Assembly: GCF_006345805.1 (NCBI RefSeq)
Contig: NW_021836971.1
Coordinates: forward strand, 1-22,303
Length of the DNA stretch: 22,303 nucleotides
Reading direction: 5' to 3'
Source: Octopus sinensis
Taxonomy: Eukaryota
Position 1 is the first letter of the stretch; every line of letters starts with the position of its first letter. The translations under genes and the position numbers were made by a program. The notes below the pieces were generated by a model. The model worked only from the letters and a program-made list of their open reading frames with translations. It was not told the DNA's origin and searched no databases. Shown here piece after piece: positions 21,565-22,303 of this stretch.

Positions 21565-21790
21565 TTTTTACTTTCGTTTCAGTTATTGAAATCCGGCCAT
21601 GATCGAGCACAACCTTCGTGGGTTTAATGGAACAAATGGATCTTGGTACTTATTCCTTTTAAAGTCTGGTGTATATTCCATCGGTACCTTTGCAAGAACC
21701 TCTAGGTTACGTAGACGGAAACAAACCAATACCAGTTATCAAACGGTGGTAGGGGTACAAACAACACACACACACATACACACACATCTA
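21565..21790 (-). mobile_element. SINE family A, old degenerate 3' half
   Basis: Reverse complement aligns loosely to 11000-11210; tail seen on the plus strand as tttactttcgtttcagttattga. Confidence 0.7.
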
Positions 21791-21792
21791 TA

Positions 21793-22104
21793 TGTGAAGT
21801 ATCGTAGCTTAATGGCTTGGGCATTCGGTTCACGATCGTAAGATCGTAAGTTCAATTCCCGACGAGGTGGTGTGTCCTTGAGCAAATCACTTTCTTTCAC
21901 GTTACCCAGTTCGCTCAACTGGTAAAAATGAATTTGACCTGTAATTCAAAGGGTTAGCTTTATCACACTCTGTGTCGCACTTGATCTCCCTGAAGTTACA
22001 GGTCTTTGTAGAGTACTCCGCCACTTGCTCTTGTAATTTTACGAGAAGGCTGTTCTGTTGATTGGATCAAGTGAAACACTCCTCATCGTAACCGACGGAG
22101 TGCT
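21793..22104 (+). mobile_element. CORE-type SINE family B, near full length
   Basis: tgtgaag head, B box agttcaattccc, gtgtccttgagcaaatcactt and tail gtaaccgacggagtgc. Collinear with the reverse complement of 7603-7930. Confidence 0.88.
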
Positions 22105-22117
22105 ATTTATATATATA

Positions 22118-22303
22118 TAAAGATTTGTACAGAAAGAACACAACAAGGATAAAAAGTTAGACGAAAGCAGGGCAAAAGGGAAACTAGACGAAAACATAAC
22201 GGACGGGGAAATTTAGACAAAGACACGATACACGGAATATTCGCAGCTGAGATTTCCTAGCCAGTTAATGACCTAAAACTACATAGTGGTTTCGCGTCAT
22301 CAC
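22118..22303 (-). mobile_element. Possible Penelope-like terminal repeat running off the window edge
   Basis: Purine-rich plus strand starting at (TA)n, the same architecture as 11862 and 18520-18590. Minus strand has cgaaaccactatgtagtt near the edge. Confidence 0.3.

Overview
AT-rich eukaryotic non-coding DNA, probably intronic or intergenic. It is dominated by (TA)n, (CA)n, (GATA)n, (CATA)n, (CT)n and (GAT)n microsatellites and by transposon remnants. From recall, the three tRNA-derived SINE families and the microsatellite load resemble Octopus (coleoid cephalopod) DNA; no database search was run. Almost all ORFs in the supplied track are microsatellite artefacts. The recognisable protein remnants all come from mobile elements: a mariner transposase C-terminus (3.3 kb), two pieces of restriction-like-endonuclease (R4/Dong-like) LINEs (7.1 and 13.7 kb), an RTE LINE 3' end (13.4 kb) and a probable Penelope-like remnant (12 kb). 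One unassigned 181-codon open frame with plausible splice sites lies at 4.9-5.6 kb on the minus strand. The window also holds six long inverted-repeat structures. One of them (18.2-18.6 kb) carries a hammerhead-ribozyme-like core in both arms. No host gene could be named.
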